NCBI GenBank assembly: GCA_045837725.1
Contig: JBEWZL010000168.1
Coordinates: forward strand, 1-64,000
Length of the DNA: 64,000 nucleotides
Reading direction: 5' to 3'
DNA from: Vermamoeba vermiformis
Lineage: Eukaryota
Made by a program: the position numbers and the translations under genes. Each line of letters starts with the position of its first letter. Positions within the stretch are counted from its first letter, which is position 1. Shown piece after piece: positions 12,782 to 30,010 of the stretch. The notes beneath the pieces were generated by a model. The model worked only from the letters and a program-made list of their open reading frames with translations, did not search any database and was not told where the DNA came from.

Positions 12782-14448
12782 CTACTGTTTCCTCTCTTTC
12801 GCCGGCGACTCTGCCACCCCAAACATATTCAGCACTTCGCGGAAGTCTACAGAGTCCAAGGAAGGTGTCTTTGTCGTGGATGAGGTCAAGGGAGTCAAGT
12901 CGAACAGCGGTGGAATGTCACCACTGCCCAACTCGTTCTCCTTCTTGTCGTCTTCACGAGCTCGCTTGATAGCTCGGACACGGTCCCAGTCAATGTCAGC
13001 AAACACGGCAATGTCGAAGGGCGCAAGATCTTCGTGTTCCTCGCGCTTCCGTTTCCTACTGTTGTCGCGTGTCAGGTAACCAGGAAGGGTCTTTTGACCG
13101 GCCATTGCTATGGAGTAGTCCACTCGCGGTTTATCGCGAAGCCGACTGTCGTTCGTCCTTCCGTTCAAGCCTTCTTTTAACGGGAGTGTTGTTTGTAGGA
13201 CTGCTTCACGCCTTGTGTTGCGCAAGATTTGCTCGCGCTGCCATTCGGCAAAGCGCCTCGTGTGCTTCCAGCAATAAAAGAAGTGAACAATTTCGGGAAG
13301 AGTCTTAGTCTTGACGAAGAGTCGTTGCGCCAGCCTGAACTTGCGGTACTGTTGTGTCATTGCTTGCTCGAACAGTGCGACCTCTTGGCCGGTCCACTCG
13401 ACTGTTAAAATGATACTATTAGCCTAACACTACTATGAATGAGGTGTGCTTAAGGTCTTACCACTTGTGTGTTTAGTGTTGTGCCAAGCTAAGTTCTTCT
13501 GTTTCATTTCTTCGATCGCATCTTTGACGTTATACTTGTTGTTGTGTAGAATGGTGAGAGCTTGCTCCTCCGTTATTAGTTGCACGCCCGTAGCATTGCT
13601 ATTATATTCGGCACCAGGGTGCAAGGTGGTTCCACGAGTAAACGAGTACCTGAAGGACTCATCTGCCTCGTACTTGGTCTGTTTGAGATAGGCCTCCACC
13701 TCTTCTTCTGGCAAAGCAAAGGGGTCCCACGCGAGCTCTCCTGCTCTGGCTTCTTCAACTTCCTTGCTTTCCTTGCCATACGTCTCTGTTAAGCTAAAAT
13801 TAGATCCCGCCAAAAAGGTGAAGGATTGATTGATTGATTCATGGAAGGAGGAGCGTTTGGATACTTGCCTATAAAATCCTCGATATCGGCTTGGTGATTG
13901 GTGCCGATACATATCCTATTTACATCAGGGTTCACTGGAGGTTCTATCCACGTTCAATAATGTGTTAGTAAATTTAATTAATTTTCAAAATGTTACTAAA
14001 TGCAGTAAAATAATGCCCGTTGGCCTGATAAATTACTTGTAGTATATATATAATTATCGTAGCATTATAAAATTCTAATGTCAAGTTATTGGTGAGCTTA
14101 AGGATGGCTCGACGCATCGGAGATTTGGCAGTTCAGTGGTTAAATTTGCCATTATGACTTACCGTATGACTCGTCTGACTCGGAGTTATAATCTTCTAAG
14201 TTCATGTTGACATCTTTAACCTCACTCTCGTCGCTCTCTGAAAGTGTACGCGCATGTCAGTCAAATGCAGATGCCAAATGTCAGTGACAAGACGTACCTG
14301 ACTCAACAGAATCCGAGTCGACATTAGGAGAGGTTGGTTCTTCACCAGATTCAGGAGATTCATGCGGAGATGACATTTCAGGAATGGCTACGAAACAAGG
14401 AGGGCACTCATGCGCGACGTTCTTATGGCCGTTTGCGTTATGCTCCAT
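12782..14448 (-). CDS. ELM2-SANT domain protein (MIER/RERE-like HDAC co-repressor)
   Basis: ELM2-like IGTNHQADI...EQALTILHNNKYNVKDA, then SANT WTGQEVALFEQAM...KTKTLPEIVHFFYCWK. Confidence 0.75.
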
Positions 14449-14690
14449 TGCAGACTCTATGAGTAGAAGGTTGCGGATCGTTCTCGCGTCAGATCGGCAG
14501 TCTATTCGTAGAGGAGTACAAACTAGGTCAGTTGGTAAATCTGTCCACTGTGAATCCATGGTTGGAATAAGCTAACTACTGTTGAATGGTTTAGTTAAAC
14601 CACATGCCGATTCCAAAGATGAGCGGATCCAAAAGAACTATCGAAATTTCGAATTTTGTAATAAAAAATAATAATGTACAAAAATAAATA

Positions 14691-15340
14691 TTGTTAACCG
14701 GGCTCAAATCCCCCCGTAAACTGTTTTATAAAACTGTTCAAATTAATTATTTTAATTTTTTGGCAATTATTTATAAAATTATAATAATTAAATTTTTTGA
14801 TACCAGGCTCGCGGCACGTTCGAAGAATAATTTTTACAAACAAACGAATAGGTGCTCCTTTTAGCGACACCGTACGGGAGAAATGACGGGGACCGAACAG
14901 CCGCAAGGTCATTCGGATCAGAGGCGACTGGGGAGCGACGCACCGGCTCCCATTTTAAAGTTTAGGTAAGCCACAAAACCACACGATACACGGCGGGGTA
15001 GTGAACCTACCACCGCTACTGACACTCACAAGTGCACAACAGCTGTCCCGCGATGTACGTATATTTGTATTGCAACGTTAAATAAATTTATATACTTCCC
15101 TAAATACGTGTGATATTACTATTGCTAACGGGCGAGGGCAATGCATCGCACCGCCAGTATTGATTAATTAAAATGTTTAATTATTATTAAAATTTTTAAT
15201 TTATCGAATTCTTTCAACAAAATAAATTAAAAAGTTCTAAATCGCTTCGGAAATTAAACAATTGCATAAAATCAAAACTTAAATTTAATTTGAACAGTTT
15301 TATAAAACGGTTTACGGGGGGATTTGAGCCCGGTTAACAA
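14691..15340. mobile_element. 650-bp non-autonomous TIR element (MITE)
   Basis: 56-bp TIRs at 14691-14746 and 15285-15340 with one mismatch, flanked by TA on both sides (14689-14690, 15341-15342). No transposase. Confidence 0.9.
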
Positions 15341-15875
15341 TAAAATTAAATTCCCGCGCAACCTTTTTTTGACGAGACAGACGTCGTGTTGTGGTCAGGG
15401 GTTTTTTTTGGCTGGAAGAATGACAAATTTTGACCGGACATAACCAAAGTTTTTGGCCGTCAAAAATTTTTGCCTGTCAAAAATTGAACCCAAAGACCCT
15501 GTGTGACACGTCTTTTTCCCGAACCAAGCTCGTGAGGTCTTACCTACATACATAGCTTCTCTATTATTGAGGACCGTTTGGTTCTTTGACTCAATTCTTC
15601 CTTTTGCAATGATTAGTGAACATCACTTGTCATCGGTTGACGTGTCATAGATCTACCGTGGTAGAGTTGGCCGCAGACGATGGGGACCCAATGTTATGTA
15701 TTTTGGAAAAACGGGAAAACGGATCCACATCCTCCGTATAAAATGAGCGTTTCTCCTGAAATTTCCTGCGGTTTAATTTCTTGTCGTTCCGCGTCTCATT
15801 TTTATTTGAATGTTGTTACGAATAGCACGACTGACCACTAAACGATCAATATTGAGACAACTTTGGTTTGGAAGA

Positions 15876-17098
15876 ATGGAATCCACATCCCATACGCTAC
15901 AACTCAAGGCGCCCGTGCATGGATCTCACCGTGGAGGTGGCTCAATATTTGCGCCCGAAAATACTATGTATGCTTATAGAAAGTCGGTCAATGAGGTGAA
16001 AACACAGGTCTTAGAATTCGACGTCAGGCGTTCACTGGTAAGACTAAATTATTTTTATCAGCCAATTGATTATTGACGATTGAATACGTGGCGTAGTAAT
16101 TATTGTCAATTTTTTAAAATATTTTGGGTAAAGGATGGAAATTTGGTTCTAATGCACGATGATGAAGTGGATCGAACTACAGACGGTGATGGCAATATTT
16201 CTTTAATGACACTCGAGGAAATTAAGTAAGTGCTATTACTTTCGCTAGCGAACTCGCTGGGCTTACCTAACATTCGTCATAGGAAACTGGATGCGGCTTA
16301 CCACTTCTCACCGAACGGCGTTGATTATCCTTTGAGAGGCCGAGAGGACACTAAAGTTCCAACTTTAGACGAGTTGTTAACAGAGTTCATTCCTAAAGAG
16401 GATTTAATACTCTTCTTTGACTTGAAGGATATAACCGTAGTTGAAGATGTCATTGAAGTACGTCGATGCTTTGTGGGGTGTATATGAGGAATATTATCTA
16501 ATCGTGTTATGTAGATTATTAAGGACAGAAAGCTAGAGAAGAGGTCGATAATTGGCGCTGTTATGCCTGAAATTAACAAGAAGGTCATGGCCTTAAAGGT
16601 GCGTGCCCAAAAGCTTCAGTTTTATTAACTTCGTCTCATTAACGATTCGTTCTATAGCCACCAGAGGTCCCTGCAACGGTTGACGTCAGCACTATGAAGA
16701 AGATATATGCAGCGTATACTGTAGGAATGCTATGGAGTTATCCTGTTAAACACGAGATATTAGGCATCGTGCTGATGCATCCTGTCACAAAGGTGAGGCA
16801 GTACCATCGCATTTTTATCTTAGAACGTGTTCTAATACTCTGCAATTAGCTATTGACCGAGAATTTGGTAAAGGCTGTCCATAAGAAGGGCAAAAAGATT
16901 GCTGTCTTCGGACCAGATCTCAATGAAGTTGAGATGAAAAAGTTTTGTGTTCGCATCGGTGTTGATTATCTGTTTGCTGATCGACCAGACCTATTGAGAC
17001 AAGTCATAACAGAGCACGAGGAAGAGAAAAAGAACAACCCCGAGCCTGAGGAGCCCGTTGTCACCTCCAATAACCAAAGTAGCTGTTCTATAATGTAG
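15876..17098 (+). CDS. Glycerophosphodiester phosphodiesterase (GDPD family)
   Basis: SHRGG..APENT, LEFDVR, LVLMHDDEVDRTTDG and final GVDYLFADRPD across exons. Confidence 0.9.
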
Positions 17099-17186
17099 AT
17101 AGGCATGTAAATAGTGATGCGATGCTATTTGTAAATATAAAACGGAATAGTTCGTGTAAGAAGTATTTTTACATTATGTACAGGCG

Positions 17187-17869
17187 TTAAATATTATTTT
17201 GGAAAGAGCTGGGATGCGATAAATAGTTCGAGTCTCTGGGTATCCTATTCAAGATATTAGAGTTATAATACGAATTGCGAGGCTAACTTACCGAACGAAT
17301 TTCCGCTTCACCAATTCACGATCTCCCCTGCAATCGTGTATTAGCAAAATATTCTATTCGCTAAATTAAAGAATGGGCACATACCATTGAAATATGAATG
17401 TATCGTTATCTAATATTTCTACAATTTTGCCTGGGACCCATTCTTGGTTTTTGAAGTCCCTCTCCGCAATCTGAGAACTGAGGTTAGCGACACGAAGACC
17501 AATAAGAAATTGCAATCACCTGTATTCTACCATCGCCGTTTTTTAACGTGTCGACGTAAAATGATATCTCCCCTGCGGGAACGTGGACATCTCCCGTAAT
17601 CTAGAAAAAATATTTAGCATGATTTTAAAAATTCTCCTATCGTCAAAATATGCAATTACATAATGCAGTAGTTGAGTTTATACCTTTTTGGCAATTAAAA
17701 AATTATCTTTTTGTATTATTTCCAAAATTTCCAACCCGTGGGAACCATAGTCGGCAAGCCAGAATCCAGTCAAGTCGAAAATTACAAACAATGGATTTAT
17801 GTCAACCGTTTTTGATGCACTGCCGTTGCTCTGAGATTGATTTGGTTGCGGTGATCGAGATGACTCCAT
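17187..17869 (-). CDS. Small protein resembling the Cyclin_D1_bind/DUF3506 domain (FBXO31 C-terminus, EXECUTER)
   Basis: My spliced translation gives GFWLADYGSHGLEIL...LIAKK|ITGDVHVPAGEISF...SQIAERDFKNQEWVPG. Five exons with GT-AG introns. Confidence 0.7.
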
Positions 17870-18007
17870 AATTATTATTTACCACGATTCGGTTATCATT
17901 TACCAACTAATGAAATATAAACTGTTGTTCTATACAAACGAAGTATTATTATAATTTTAGTTTTTATTTAACACAGAAAGTTGCACTGAAAGCACGTGCT
18001 TGCTGCT

Positions 18008-20436
18008 CTAAGCGGCAACGTGTTCAGTTTCACGCTCGTAATGGCGGTGAATAGCAATAGCGTTGAATATCTCTGATCCAAATGTCACAGGACCTTCTTT
18101 GTTAATAGCCAAAGCAGATTCAGCGAAGTTCTTAATGGTAACGACGCCTAAGTCACTGACGACTCCGGAGGATTCGTTGGCCAACTTGACGTTGATCATT
18201 TGTTGCATAAAGAGCTTTTGAACCAAGTCAACGGCCTCGTCAATGGCAGCGATAGGCTTGCAGTGCTTGTAAGCCTCAACGATAAAAGCCTTGGCATTGC
18301 CAATGTTCTGCATCGCGTCAATGCTGGACTTGCCACCAACAATGACAACGGCGTCAAACATGACACTCTTCGTCATAGAGAAGCCAAATTGAGCAGTGGT
18401 CTTAGTGCCGTCATTGCCAATAATAGGACCCTTGTTGGGGCCGACAACGAAGTTGACTGCGCCTAAGCCAGCCATAGCAGCTTGAATAGCGGTGAGTTGA
18501 GGGCTGTTGAAGCCGGGACCAACGATGTAAGCAATTCGGCGTGACTTGATTGAGTCCTTGGCAGTAATGTTTTGGCTGACAGCAGGGGATTTCCTCTCGT
18601 AAGGTTGGCCAGCGAATGACTTGGGTGGCTCAACGCCGATGCCGAGGGCAACCTTGCAGGCCAAATTGAAGTCAATGTGGTTCAATCGATCAATCATACG
18701 CTCGCGAACGCCCATATCATCAACGTGACCGAGTTCGAAAATAGCTGCGTCGGTCAAGTGTTGCTTTTCCCAGCCCGACAAACTGTTGAAGAACATGATG
18801 GCTTGGTTGTAGTGCTCACCAAACTTGGGACCACGCGCACGAATTCTGTCGCCTTGAATGGGCACGCGTGAAGGAGTGTATCCTTCGTTGACCTTAGCAA
18901 CAGCCGGGCATCCGAATCGATTAGGGGTGTAGTTGACAGTTCCGCGGTTGATCGCCATTCTGTGGAAACCATCGCGTTGGTTGTTGAAGACAGGGCACAC
19001 GGGTCTGTTGATGGGAATCTCTTGGAAGTTAGGACCGCCCAGACGAGTGAGTTGAGTATCTTGGTACGAGAACATGCGGCCTTGGAGCAAAGGGTCATTG
19101 CTGGCTTCAATGCCAGGGACCAAATGTTGCGTGCAGAATGCGACTTGCTCCGTTTCAGCGAAGAAGTTGTCGGGGTTACGGTTCAAAACCATTCTGCCGA
19201 CGCGTCTGACGGGGACCAACTCTTCAGGGATAATCTTAGTCGCGTCTAACAAATCAAAATCGAACTTGTGCTCGTCTTCTTCATCGACAATTTGCAAGCC
19301 TAACTCCCATTCAGGGTAGCTGCCGCTCTCAATGGCGTCCCACAAGTCTCTTCTGTGCCAGTCGGGATCAGCACCGACGAGCTTTTGAGCTTCGTCCCAA
19401 ACGAGTGAGTGCGTGCCGAGAACAGGCTCCCAGTGGAACTTGACGAATCTGCGCTTGCCTTGAGCGTTGACAAGAATGAACGAGTGAACACCAAATCCTT
19501 GCATCATGCGATAGCTGCGAGGAATCGCGCGATCGGACAATGCCCACATAATCATATGAGAAGTCTCGGGGGTCAACTACAAAAAGGATTGTTAATTAAC
19601 AGTACTACTATAACCCGCTTGAGATCGTACCGAAATGAAGTCCCAGAAGTTGTCGTGAGCAGTTTGGGCTTGAGGAACTTCGTTGTGCGGCATTGGCTTG
19701 CCAGCGTGAATGATGTCAGGGAACTTAATGGCGTCTTGAATAAAGAAGACGGGAATGTTGTTACCAACGAGATCGAAGTTGCCTTGAGGGGTGTAGAACT
19801 TTGTAGCGAAACCACGAACATCTCTTACGGTATCAGCAGATCCTATTAATCACGATTAGCGATTATTCGATAATTAGGCATGCAGATCGATGCGATACTT
19901 CGCGATCAGGGATAGAAATTTCGTAGTGCGAAGTCGCAGATATTTAATAGTTTGCAGTATCTTAAATTGCATGAAATGGCAATAAAAAGATGTCATAAGA
20001 GGCCAAGCTTAATTAAATTACCTCTTGATCCGAGTACCGTTGAGAAACGAACGAAGACAGGTGTCTTCAGTGACGGGTCGCATAAGAAATGAGCAGTGGT
20101 ATACTCGGCAAGTGATTCGTAGACTTGGAAGTAGCCATGGGCTGCAGATCCTCTTGCGTGCACGACACGTTCGGGGATGCGTTCGTGATCGAAGTGGGTC
20201 ATTTTCTCGCGGAAGTGGAAGTCTTCCAGGAGAGTAGGACCACGTTCACCAGCCTTAGTACTATCATCGGTATGCGTAATACGAGTACCAAAGTTAGTGC
20301 TAATGGTATGGCCGGGCTTGGCATCTGTGACAACAAAGTTCTCCAGATCTTTAGTCTTGGCGTCTTGAGTCATAGCGGTAGTCATTTGCTCGACCTTCTC
20401 TTGCGCGCTATGAATGGCCTTCTTGATAGTATCCAT
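18008..20436 (-). CDS. Large-subunit heme catalase (KatE/HPII, clade 2) with C-terminal DJ-1/GATase-like domain
   Basis: [27 protein letters not shown] heme-ligand motif and tail FDAVVIVGG...EAYKHCKPI. Two introns. Confidence 0.95.
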
Positions 20437-21558
20437 GTTGTTGGCTTGTGGTAGTATGTCGCTTGGTATTTGAAAAGTTTTTCATCCTTGCAAACACGCT
20501 GATTAATTTTATTCTTGCTCGGTAGGAAATACTTCTTTGCAAAGTATAGTCAATAGAGGCATAGTCGCGAGTTTCTTCGTGGATCTGGCTATTTTACTGG
20601 TCTTTTCATCGAGTTTTCTGCGACAACGCGACATTAGATTGCCAGCCTAAATATTGTACCGCTCGAGTAATTACCTGTTAAATCGTAGCAATAATAATAA
20701 TTATTACTAACTCGCTGCTGGCACGAGGAAGAAGAAGAAACCAGCGCAACCTGCAACATTATTTTTTTCATCCGCAGTTTGAACACAAGCCCTTCAATTC
20801 TGACGTTAAGAGCGGCCTCCATTATATTGGTAAGTACTATGTTATTCTAAAGCAATGTTTGGTCAAATTAGTTTTCGGGTTGGATTTGATCAAAAAATCT
20901 TGCTTTGGTTTAATTTTTAAAACTAAACAAAAATTGCTATTAAATTCCGATCATATTTTTGTGTTAATTGCACCGGACTTGCTTCACTTTTAAAATTGGA
21001 TCGATCAACAGAAATAATACTCGCTGTTATGTTGCTCTCAAACTACAAACTTACCTTCCGTTTCTTTTTTTATTTAACAATTGCTTGTGCATTGGGCCTA
21101 ATGTAAACAAATTGAAGGTAACCGTTGTTTTCTACTCAAATTAATTTTGAAAAGTGCATTGAATAACGCGGTTGTAGAAAGGGGGTAGTTTAAATTTTTT
21201 TTTCGAAAATTGTACGGTATCGAAACATCAATTAGATAATTTTTGCTATTACACCGGTGATAATCGACCTTGTATATTTAGGGGACACATTTGGTTTTTT
21301 TGGTGCCCAATTCATCCATTTTATGATTTTACAATATTCGTCCCGGAGAATTCACACCAACCTACTACAATTGTTGTGATTCTTCGAAGCTTCGTTTATC
21401 GACTTCTTTTGACCTCGTCGACCAAACAAAGATCGAAAATCGTGCTTCCAGAAGAAGTTGTTTCCTTTTATGGAAACAAAGCGAAGCACGGTCCAACCCG
21501 TGGTTAAAAGCCGACTTCGTTCAGTGCCAATTGAATTAAATCAATCAAATTGACCACC

Positions 21559-26173
<4,615 letters not shown>

Positions 26174-26347
26174 CGCATAATATCATTAAAGAACACATAT
26201 GATGCACCTAGCACTGCCAATGCAAGTTTACGAATCAAATAGAGATCTGTTATCCGTTACACTGACAAAAGAAGAAAAAGCCAGCGTACGAAGAAAAGCA
26301 CCTAAATATAATTTACGCGAAAAAATAAACATAAGACAAATATGTTG

Positions 26348-27335
26348 TTAATTACTATAGTACAATTGCTTTATTGTTGCTTGCAAAATATGTGTTTCGG
26401 AGGAATCCTCCCCGTAGATAATCTCTTCTATTTGTTCTTCAGTAAGAGACGTAGCGGGCACATTATGTTTGACTGCAAAATCGTCTACAATCAATTTCTT
26501 TAGCTGGATTTCGATCTGACTCCATTCGTCGGCTGAAAACTTGGGCCAAATACGTTCTGGACCTATTGGTTCCCCTCTCGGGTTGATAATATGTTGTGCG
26601 GCATCGTTGTTGACTCTAAAGGCTTGCAAGAGTGTTATCAGACGGCGGAAAGCCATAGCAGGTGAGATCTCCATTAACCAATCGTCGTAGAGGATAAAGA
26701 AGATCAGTTTCGGCTCTGTTGCTGAATCTACGAGTTCTCTTATTTTTGGTAATCGGATCAAAGGCTTGAAATGGCATGAAAAAGGAGCAAGGCGTGAATT
26801 GAATCTCTGGAAAGTCGATCGCAGCTTTCTTTAGGAATGGTACGATAGCAGCTCGTGTAGTGAATATATTTCGAGGATGCAGAGGCTCGGGCAATGCTCG
26901 AATTAATGCTGCGAGTTCTTCAGAGGCAACTATCTTGGAGTGTTGTGCTCTCTTGGTCAATCCGGCCCATCTGGAGGTGTGAATGACTTTTAAAAACAAT
27001 TGACCGCTGTTCATATTAAACGTAAATAGTGCGCCGTTGATTGGAGTGGTAATAAGATTTCCTTCTTCTGTTTTGTGGATGGTGACTCTGTAGGTAGAGG
27101 TTTCGTCAAAAATCCAATCAATATGTCCGCTGTTATTTACTTTTGATAGGGCTATCTCTTTGAATTTTTTAAAATTAATTCTAGAGATATTTTCTTCTTG
27201 TGCATTAGATGTGGCATTGCTTGCCAGCGTAGCTGGGCTTTGTTCGGGTTGATTTGTGCCAATAAGAATTTGAGAATTATTATCGTCGTTAGTAGTAGTG
27301 TTAATCGCGTCTTCTGCTCTGTTGTTGGATTGCAT
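26348..27335 (-). CDS. Stand-alone, divergent Prp8 RNase H-like domain (PRP8 domain IV) protein with one frameshift near 26761
   Basis: [31 protein letters not shown]...GQLFLKVIHTSRWAG, LYDDWL..IS...AFRRL and IWPKFSADEW align with Prp8 [31 protein letters not shown]...GQLFLKIIHTSVWAG...LYDDWLKTIS...IWPTLTDEEW. Removing one T from TTT joins the two ORFs (PFQALIRLPK). Confidence 0.88.
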
Positions 27336-27832
27336 CTGTAATGAAGGTTTTAGATTGAGTCTTTAGAGGTATTGTATTGCGTGATCAATTGTTAGAATGA
27401 TATTTATTTACGATTATAAGCGATATTTATGTGCTTGTTTTCGTGTCTGCATGCGAATATCGTCTGCTGGGAAATCGCGTGAAAAATTCTTTGCTTTTGA
27501 TTCTGACGAATTTATTTGTCATCGTTATTCTCTGTGAACAACACTATAGGGCTCACATATCATGAGCATAGTAGAGGTTCGATAAATACAGTTTGGTAAG
27601 ATCCGAGCGTGTTTTTGCAGCAACCCAAGAGCACTTGCAAATCTAGGTGGATTTACACCACAAATTCAAATAACTGTAGTACTATATTAGTATATTTATT
27701 TTTGTAAAGCAATCGCGGATCATAACGATTAGATTTATTGGAAAATCAGATCTTTTAAACGGTCGACGTCGATCTAAACCTAATTAGCCGTTATCATTTT
27801 AGGTCGCAGCAAATTACATCAACATACCACAG

Positions 27833-29898
27833 ATGGGGGTAAGAATAATTTTATTATACAAACTTGACGGATGAATGACGGATATTTTACGAGATCTTGA
27901 AAATTAAATAATTATTAAAGTTTGGATAAACTCCACGACTTTATTACTTAAAAATTTATTATACCCGATAAATTATCTTTAATAGAGCAATTAGGATAAT
28001 AAAGTACGGCGGAGTATTTCCAAATTTCTAATTCAATTTGAAAATAGGATCCAACGCCCTCGGCCAAAGAAGGCGTAAAATACCAATATATAACGAAAAT
28101 AGAAGATGTTTCTGCTTCGTTAGAAGAGATTAAGAAGCATAGTATAATATGCGTTGACCTGGAAGGTAAATCCACCCCGATTTTAATTCTATCCTATCCC
28201 TATTTGCATCTATATAATAATACTAGTAATATATTAAATAAATAACTCCGCATAGATAAAATCTAAATTTAAATTGCAATTTGACGTTCGATTTCAAATT
28301 CGTTCTTTTGATTCTGAATGCAGTTTCATTTCTTTACGCATATAATACGCGGATCTTATGATATATAGAATATAATAGTGCATCTTAGGCTAGATTTACG
28401 TTGGAATTAATTCTAATATTTACTTTTTTAGGCATAAACCTAGGCCGCAAAGGACAAATAACGCTGCTGCAAATAGGCGTCAAAAATAATATTTATTTAT
28501 TTGACGTGCTTGAATTGCGCGAGAAATTATTCGATCAAGGCATGCGCGCCATCCTGCAAAGCAAAAAACAACTCAAATTATTCTTTGACTGCCGAACAGA
28601 CTCTGATGCGTTGTATCATCAATATAACGTCAAATTGAAGCGTGTGCATGATGTTCAAGTGTTCGATATATTATACAGGTGCGTACTAACATATTTTGAA
28701 TTTTTTGGATCCGCCTGATCCACTACCTTTACGAAGCATTTTTGATTCATGATGACATACTTATATGACACATATTTTATAATATGATAGTAGGACCCTA
28801 CTAGATTATACTATAGTTATGGTTGGAGTATTATTTATTAATGTAATATTGCTCAGGCGTATCAAAAAGTTCGGTGGAAAATATTTACGTGGCTACAATA
28901 ACTGCGTCAGCGCGTTTGTAAAAAAGATTGACCAGAGATTTGTTTCACTGAAAGAAAAGATCAGCAAGATTATGACAGACGGTTCTGACAATAATTTTTG
29001 GGGACGAAGACCGATCCCTGAGGCACGTGCACGAAAATTCTTGCAATTATTATTGCTTATATTAATATTTCCTTATTAGGAAGCGTTAGAATACGCCGCT
29101 TTTGACGTGAAATACATGTTTGATATTTATGAAACGATCATGACGGACATTGGCAATGTGCGCAACTTGGTCCAATCACTCGAGTACGGATCCAACAAGT
29201 ACGTCGAGTTATATCGCGACAACGAGGTGGAAGTTCCAAGACGAAAAGAAAACGCTGAAATTCCGACGGACTTGTTGCCCGCGTACAAATCGAACGGGCA
29301 ACTAGATCTGAGTTGTTACACGTGCTCCCTGTGCAAGGTCTCATTGCCCGCGACTCGATTCACGAACAAAGAGCGTGTGCTGGACGATAGAAAGTGCATT
29401 GAATGCTGGCGTACCTTCCGCGCACAAAAAGAATCGTCGAGTGATGAGTCGAGCAGATCTGACACTGATCGTCGAGCTAGTGTTGATGAGCCACCTAGTC
29501 CAGTGAGTGACACGTCATCGGTGTCAGGGGACGAGGCTCACGGCAGCAGTGCGTCGAATGGCAATCATCAGCAACAAAGCGCGAGTGGCAACAACCAGCA
29601 GGGGAACAGTGGTTTGAATCAGCAGCCCAAGAGTTACAACAACACTCATCGCGGCTACAATAACAATAATTATGGACCTCGACAAGGGCATCAGAACTAC
29701 GTGCCTAACAATTACAACAATCAACGCCGTCATCAGCCCAGGCCTGCCTATGTCTACGTGCCACGACAACCAATCCCCGTGGCCTATGCTGGACCAGGCC
29801 CTGTCTACCCAGTCTACGTGCAGCCTGTAGCTCCTGGATTTGTTCCTGTGTATAATGCTCCGCCGTACCCGAATCCTTATTATGTTTATCGGATGTAG
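27833..29898 (+). CDS. EXD1/Egalitarian-like DEDDy 3'-5' exonuclease with Stc1-like Cys motif and N/Q/P/Y-rich tail
   Basis: ICVDLEG|INLGRKGQITLLQIG, FDCRTDSDALYHQY, HDVQV and WGRRPIPE|EALEYAAFDV, then CSLC...RFTNKE...KCIEC. Start is approximate. Confidence 0.82.
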
Positions 29899-30010
29899 AT
29901 CCGAAAATCTTTTTTGTAAATAGGCTTTTTTGTATAAAGATTACGATAGGTTAAAAATATCTTTTATTTTATAGCAATGGATATTTTAACCTTTAATAAG
30001 ATCCGTGCCA

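Noticed and set aside
14695-15336. piggyBac assignment from TTAA|CC ends
   Set aside because: The inverted match extends beyond TTAA to an outer TA, which favours a TA target. Unresolved without an empty site.
15378-15515. Imperfect inverted repeat next to the MITE
   Set aside because: Too degenerate and T/A-run driven to call an element.
18200-20454. Many antisense or overlapping ORFs over catalase (also over the transposase, ABCC and kinases)
   Set aside because: These are shadow frames of biased-codon genes with no motifs.
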